The notes under the pieces were generated by a model. It had not been told where the DNA came from, ran no database searches, and was given only the letters and a program-made list of their open reading frames with translations. A DNA stretch of 37,886 nucleotides, from positions 1 through 37,886 of the forward strand of contig JBDRCO010000083.1 of NCBI GenBank assembly GCA_043821645.1. The letters are read 5' to 3'. Of this stretch, positions 36,001 to 37,886 are shown piece by piece. The stretch is from Pseudomonadota bacterium. Lineage in GTDB: Bacteria > Myxococcota > JACRCW01 > JAFGSX01. Both the position numbers and the translations under genes were made by a program. The first letter of the stretch is position 1. The number at the start of each line of letters is the position of its first letter.

Positions 36001-37806
36001 GATGGCGCGTGCGCGGAGCTGGTCTGTGACCACGAGGAATCAGTTTGCCTGGGAGAAGCAACCTGCATCGACTACTTCAACTGTGTGACCGGCTGCAAGT
36101 ACGAGGAGTCGTGCGTGGCTTCCTGCGACATTACATACAGCGAGAGCGCGACCTACCGCGCAGCGAATGACGCGTGCAGGATCTGTAAGGCGCACCACCC
36201 ACAGTGCCGTGATCAGTGTGGCAGTTGCGGCGATGGTGTCATCAACAACAATGAGCGCTGCGACGGCGTTTCCCTTGCTGGGGAATCCTGCTCATCCCTT
36301 CTGCTCGCTGATGGAACCCTGGCCTGTTCTCCGGACTGTCTCAGCTTCGATGTTTCTGGATGTGGCTCCGTGGCTTTCTGTGGAAATGGCGCGGCAGAGG
36401 GAAACGAACTCTGCGATGGAGACGATGTCCGGCACGTCACCTGTTTCTCTCTCGGGTTTAGTGGTGGTGGTCTGAAGTGCACCTCCGGATGTAACGCCTT
36501 CGACACGTCAGGCTGCATGCCCCTCGACTGCGGCGCAGTCTGCGACAAGAATCCCGAATGCGTTGACCTGCGCGCTTGCGACCCGGCAGGAAACTCATCA
36601 GCGTGCTTTGACCTTCATCCAGAAGGCGTAACGGATTTCAACCAGCAACTCTGGTGTCAACAGTGCCATGTTGTTGGCATGCAAGATTTTCAAGGCTGTC
36701 GCTGCGGTGACAACCTCCGGCTATACCCGGAAGTTTGCGATGGTCCTGACCTCGGCTTCGATTCTTGCAGTTCCCTAGGGCTCGGCGGCGGTCAACTCGC
36801 GTGCTCTGCAGATTGCGGATCTTTTGACATCTCTGGTTGCTGGGAAAAACCATCGTGCGGCGATGGAGTGGCTGAATCAGGCGAGGTCTGTGATGAAGCG
36901 GACCTCAACGGTCTATCCTGTGAGGGATACGGGCTGATCGGGCACCTCCAGTGCAGCGCAGACTGCGCAGCGGTAGACCTCGATGGCTGCATGACGATAC
37001 CCCAACCCTACTCCGCCTGCACTGTTGCGACGTGCAGTGGCACCTGCGATGACTGCAGAAGAAGCGGCTGTGCTGAAAGTTCGTGTGCCGCCGAGGTGGA
37101 GACATGCGACACCAGCGCCGATTGTGTGGCATTTTCCACCTGTCTCGAGAGCTGCTCGGACAGCTCATGCATCACGGCATGTGAAGCTCTGCACCCTGCA
37201 GGGGTACCGCTATTTGGTGCCAGGTTCAACTGTTCCCTGTGCGCGTGTCCAGACTGCCGTGGCATGTATTACCCACGTGCCGTGTGCGACGGCGGTGTCT
37301 GTGCGACTTGCCTGGAGGACACCTGTGCTGTCTCAGGATGCACGACGCAGACCGACGCGTGCAACGGCATCCCCGAATGTGTCTCTCTCAAAGCCTGCGC
37401 TCTTGGCTGCACCGATCAGGAATGCGTCTATGACTGCCGCCTGCTGCACCCTGCCGGTGTGGCTGCTTTCGAACCCCTGATGAGCTGTCTCTGTCCGAAG
37501 TGTCCCTCGGACTGTGCGGGCATCTGCTCATTCAGTCCATCCTGCTACGCTCTGGATTGCTCAACCTGCATGAGCACAGGCTGTGCGAGCGATGTCTGTG
37601 ACGGCCGCACGGCTGTCTGCGGTGCAAATGCGGAGTGCGTCGAGTTATATGGCTGCGTTTTCGGATGCTCAGACCTGACTTGCACCGAAGCATGTCAGAC
37701 CCAGCATCCGGCTGGCGTTGATGACTTCAGGGCCTTCCTCGGATGCTTCTGTGACAGATGCTCGCTGGATTGCAGCGAAGACCTTCGCTGTCTCTCCTTG
37801 AGATGA
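33028..37806 (+). CDS. Very large Cys-rich lipoprotein (QKGPF domain, TSP3 repeat, myxobacterial CG[ND]G repeats)
   Basis: ATG 33028 behind GGAGG; lipobox-like TAAAC; three PPPTDAG repeats; DQDRDG...DNCPLVANPGQENADGDDLGDACD; about eight CG[ND]G...E.CD..DL....C..LG...G.L.C...C..FD...C repeats. Confidence 0.85.
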   Translation: MHRLHYSHLAVVCLLAMTAAACPAPAANSDGGTTTRPDAASGDGQSGQDTGVPPPTDAGGHDIQLTQDSGTPPPTDAGDRDTLLTQDSGNPPPTDAGTADRVIDLRGSIQKGPFVVGSSVSVSLLDSSLSPTGLVFNTTTSNNRGEFEISFSTAGPVSLEGFGYYYNELLGSLSSSTLTLRALHVPTGSGPQYAFINMVTHLTTPRVRALVVGGQSFSDAVQQAERDLWRELAITPSDFELNFRGIDLSVLGGDSDGNAYLLGVSSVLIEVAVLRGGSVEANLQELLNTFALDLADGVLQPALEAEFATALLALDTVDVEQKLGERFISIGSSETVPDMDRVLDQDRDGWTNATDNCPLVANPGQENADGDDLGDACDECPALFCNHQCLPASGSAGRSVDLCWEPCPLEGCGSGNCVTSGDLAVLDDGSTTMVAFCAEGCDPSVSGACGDGMECCALVEGSIHLGVFLFDLPHWSCVAGDFCGTKSEEESCPEHDVTRNDCGPGLLCSRLLFEETAHCHAGCDPSDVMSCGGRSCVETTWETRGLFHVCESGLRCDSSSSCEDCLTSTCALETCASAIDACLADENCLGVNECIAACAVDHWMDSCIIGFYGGEPAPGLSEDCYKHFSTLPPPQECIDSCTSYNPSGAAILDAANECMRCEACSASCHSAECSVCGNGKQERGERCDGDDLGSVTCANLGLGTGSLDCLPDCNSFDVSGCSGNETCHDGMIQYPELCDDDALGGVTCNDLGFSGGGVLGCMTDCSGYDTGSCLYEGCAGLTCSAWRTSTCVETPLVQMQGGAQDNPCRENFDLCLADSLCSQLMICLNGCGTLAGTCVQQCRASNSAGAPLFDSIVDCLMCDYARPPACDRACDRCGDGKRDRLETCDGDDLDRQSCAGLHLGGGVLGCAPGCDSFDTSACTTVSTCGNSVAEGNEECDGIDLAGQDCLTLGFGGGGDLSCRETCKFDTTRCLGNCFDPSARCTLSTDGTDGACAELVCDHEESVCLGEATCIDYFNCVTGCKYEESCVASCDITYSESATYRAANDACRICKAHHPQCRDQCGSCGDGVINNNERCDGVSLAGESCSSLLLADGTLACSPDCLSFDVSGCGSVAFCGNGAAEGNELCDGDDVRHVTCFSLGFSGGGLKCTSGCNAFDTSGCMPLDCGAVCDKNPECVDLRACDPAGNSSACFDLHPEGVTDFNQQLWCQQCHVVGMQDFQGCRCGDNLRLYPEVCDGPDLGFDSCSSLGLGGGQLACSADCGSFDISGCWEKPSCGDGVAESGEVCDEADLNGLSCEGYGLIGHLQCSADCAAVDLDGCMTIPQPYSACTVATCSGTCDDCRRSGCAESSCAAEVETCDTSADCVAFSTCLESCSDSSCITACEALHPAGVPLFGARFNCSLCACPDCRGMYYPRAVCDGGVCATCLEDTCAVSGCTTQTDACNGIPECVSLKACALGCTDQECVYDCRLLHPAGVAAFEPLMSCLCPKCPSDCAGICSFSPSCYALDCSTCMSTGCASDVCDGRTAVCGANAECVELYGCVFGCSDLTCTEACQTQHPAGVDDFRAFLGCFCDRCSLDCSEDLRCLSLR

Positions 37807-37831
37807 TACTTCTCTGACCTGTGCGAGATCT

Positions 37832-37886
37832 AGGCCGAGAGCGTAGCCTTCTGCCTCATGAAGGCCTTCGGCCTGGACTCGTCGCT
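37832..37886 (+). pseudogene. Third, shorter 3' fragment of the ArdC-like gene (runs off the window)
   Basis: Identical to 32535-32589; one difference from 30102-30156. Confidence 0.9.

Noticed and set aside
1-37886. tRNA, rRNA, integrase, integron attC sites or replication initiator
   Set aside because: None recognised by eye, so plasmid versus ICE cannot be decided from this window.

Overview
High-GC (Myxococcota-like) DNA that reads as part of a conjugative element (plasmid or ICE; no integrase, tRNA or boundary is visible). The core (about 11.9-26.5 kb) is a divergent transfer locus. The left arm carries a VirD4/TraD-like coupling ATPase and an HTH + Replic_Relax-type protein. The right arm is a translationally coupled operon: a second Replic_Relax-like Zn-finger protein, VirB2-, VirB3-, VirB4-, VirB5-, VirB6-, VirB8- and VirB9-like genes, and a VirB10/TrbI-like protein fused to an intact N-terminal Hanks-type Ser/Thr kinase. 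No HUH relaxase or VirB11 is seen. Around the core lie three nucleoid-associated protein genes (IHF-beta, HU, H1/AT-hook-like), three toxin-antitoxin loci (one with an internally deleted AbiEii toxin), an ArdC-like gene and large Cys-rich lipoprotein/lectin cargo genes. Five cargo blocks are each bracketed by direct repeats of backbone sequence, including progressively shorter 3' copies of ardC, which suggests serial cargo capture. All family calls come from motifs read by eye, not from database searches.
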